Source of the DNA: Azolla caroliniana | Taxonomy: Eukaryota > Plantae > Polypodiophyta | Assembly (NCBI GenBank): GCA_043228905.1 | Contig: JBHGNT010000008.1 | Coordinates: 13,516,001 to 13,580,000 of the forward strand | DNA: 64,000 nucleotides | Direction of reading: 5' to 3' | In this document: one piece after another, positions 63,445-64,000 of the stretch | Layout: every line of letters starts with the position of its first letter | Position numbering within the stretch: the first letter of the stretch is position 1 | Translations under genes and position numbers: made by a program | Notes under the pieces: generated by a model | What the model saw: the letters and a program-made list of their open reading frames with translations, nothing else | The model's database searches: none | What the model was told of the DNA's origin: nothing

Positions 63445-64000
63445 TGTTAATCCTAAGGGCCAGACAATAGCCTAACATAGGGTTTCTACGGAAGAGACTT
63501 CACCAAAGGGTGGTACGGCATAGGTAACTTAGACCAATGACTAATCAGACCTTTATCGGTTACTTAAGCAACATATCATGAATCTTAATACACACGTAAG
63601 ATAGAAAGTAATTAGCACAGAACGGTAATCAATACACAGAGATAAGACAGTAGAGTTTTATTAATTATCCGTCCCGATTTACAATGTAACTGGGCCTTTT
63701 TATAGATCACCGACTCTGCATACAAAACTGTGCCAACCGGCACACTAATATGAACCGGTCCGGATCCGGATTGGCATACTGATTCTGGTCTGTCCGTTCA
63801 CTTCTCAAAATATACTTAATTATTTAATATCCTAATAACAGCTTCCGATTATTCCTGCCCTTTCACATTCTGGACTGTCCTCCACTCCTTGCCGGCTGGC
63901 TAACACATGGCACGCTCGTGGGACAGTACCTTGTACGTCGAATCCCACTATCAGGCCTTCAATCCTCGTCCAAAATATCTAGAATGCTCTAATCGAGGGG
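63445..64000 (-). mobile_element. LTR (63445-63905) and adjacent internal region of a third member of the tRNA-end LTR group, runs off the window
   Basis: TG..CA ends, and the minus strand reads TATAAAA, then ttgtaa, then aataaa. The flank tggcacgctcgtgggacagtaccttgtacgtcgaatcccac matches 42021-42060. Confidence 0.7.

Overview
This is a eukaryotic, gene-free, transposon-saturated window, most likely from a non-seed land plant such as a fern or lycophyte (inferred from the Tcn1-like chromoviruses, Tork-like copias, plant-type PBSs and heavy CpG/CHG decay). No intact host gene is visible, and most ORF-track entries are antisense or low-complexity noise. It holds nested Ty1/copia elements (two bounded by TSDs: 19208-24394 and 56405-62216), a chromodomain Ty3/gypsy with TSD (29809-35456) plus relics, a tRNA-Trp-primed gypsy LTR family that makes 4-bp CG-centred TSDs, two non-coding LTR elements with TSDs, and three decayed Sola-type DDD transposase genes. 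The best candidates for new biology are: (1) cargo genes head-to-head with the Sola-like transposases, one resembling a beta-class N4C/N6A DNA methyltransferase and one an FCP1/NIF HAD-phosphatase domain, with introns filled by palindrome arrays; (2) a 1.2-kb TIR element built from two inverted copies of an LTR end, with its own TSD; (3) non-autonomous LTR elements with a tRNA-3'-end sequence where the PPT should be, suggesting possible tRNA priming of both strands; (4) tRNA-like A/B boxes fixed in the U3 of two unrelated LTR families. All family assignments come from motif recognition by eye and have not been checked by database search.
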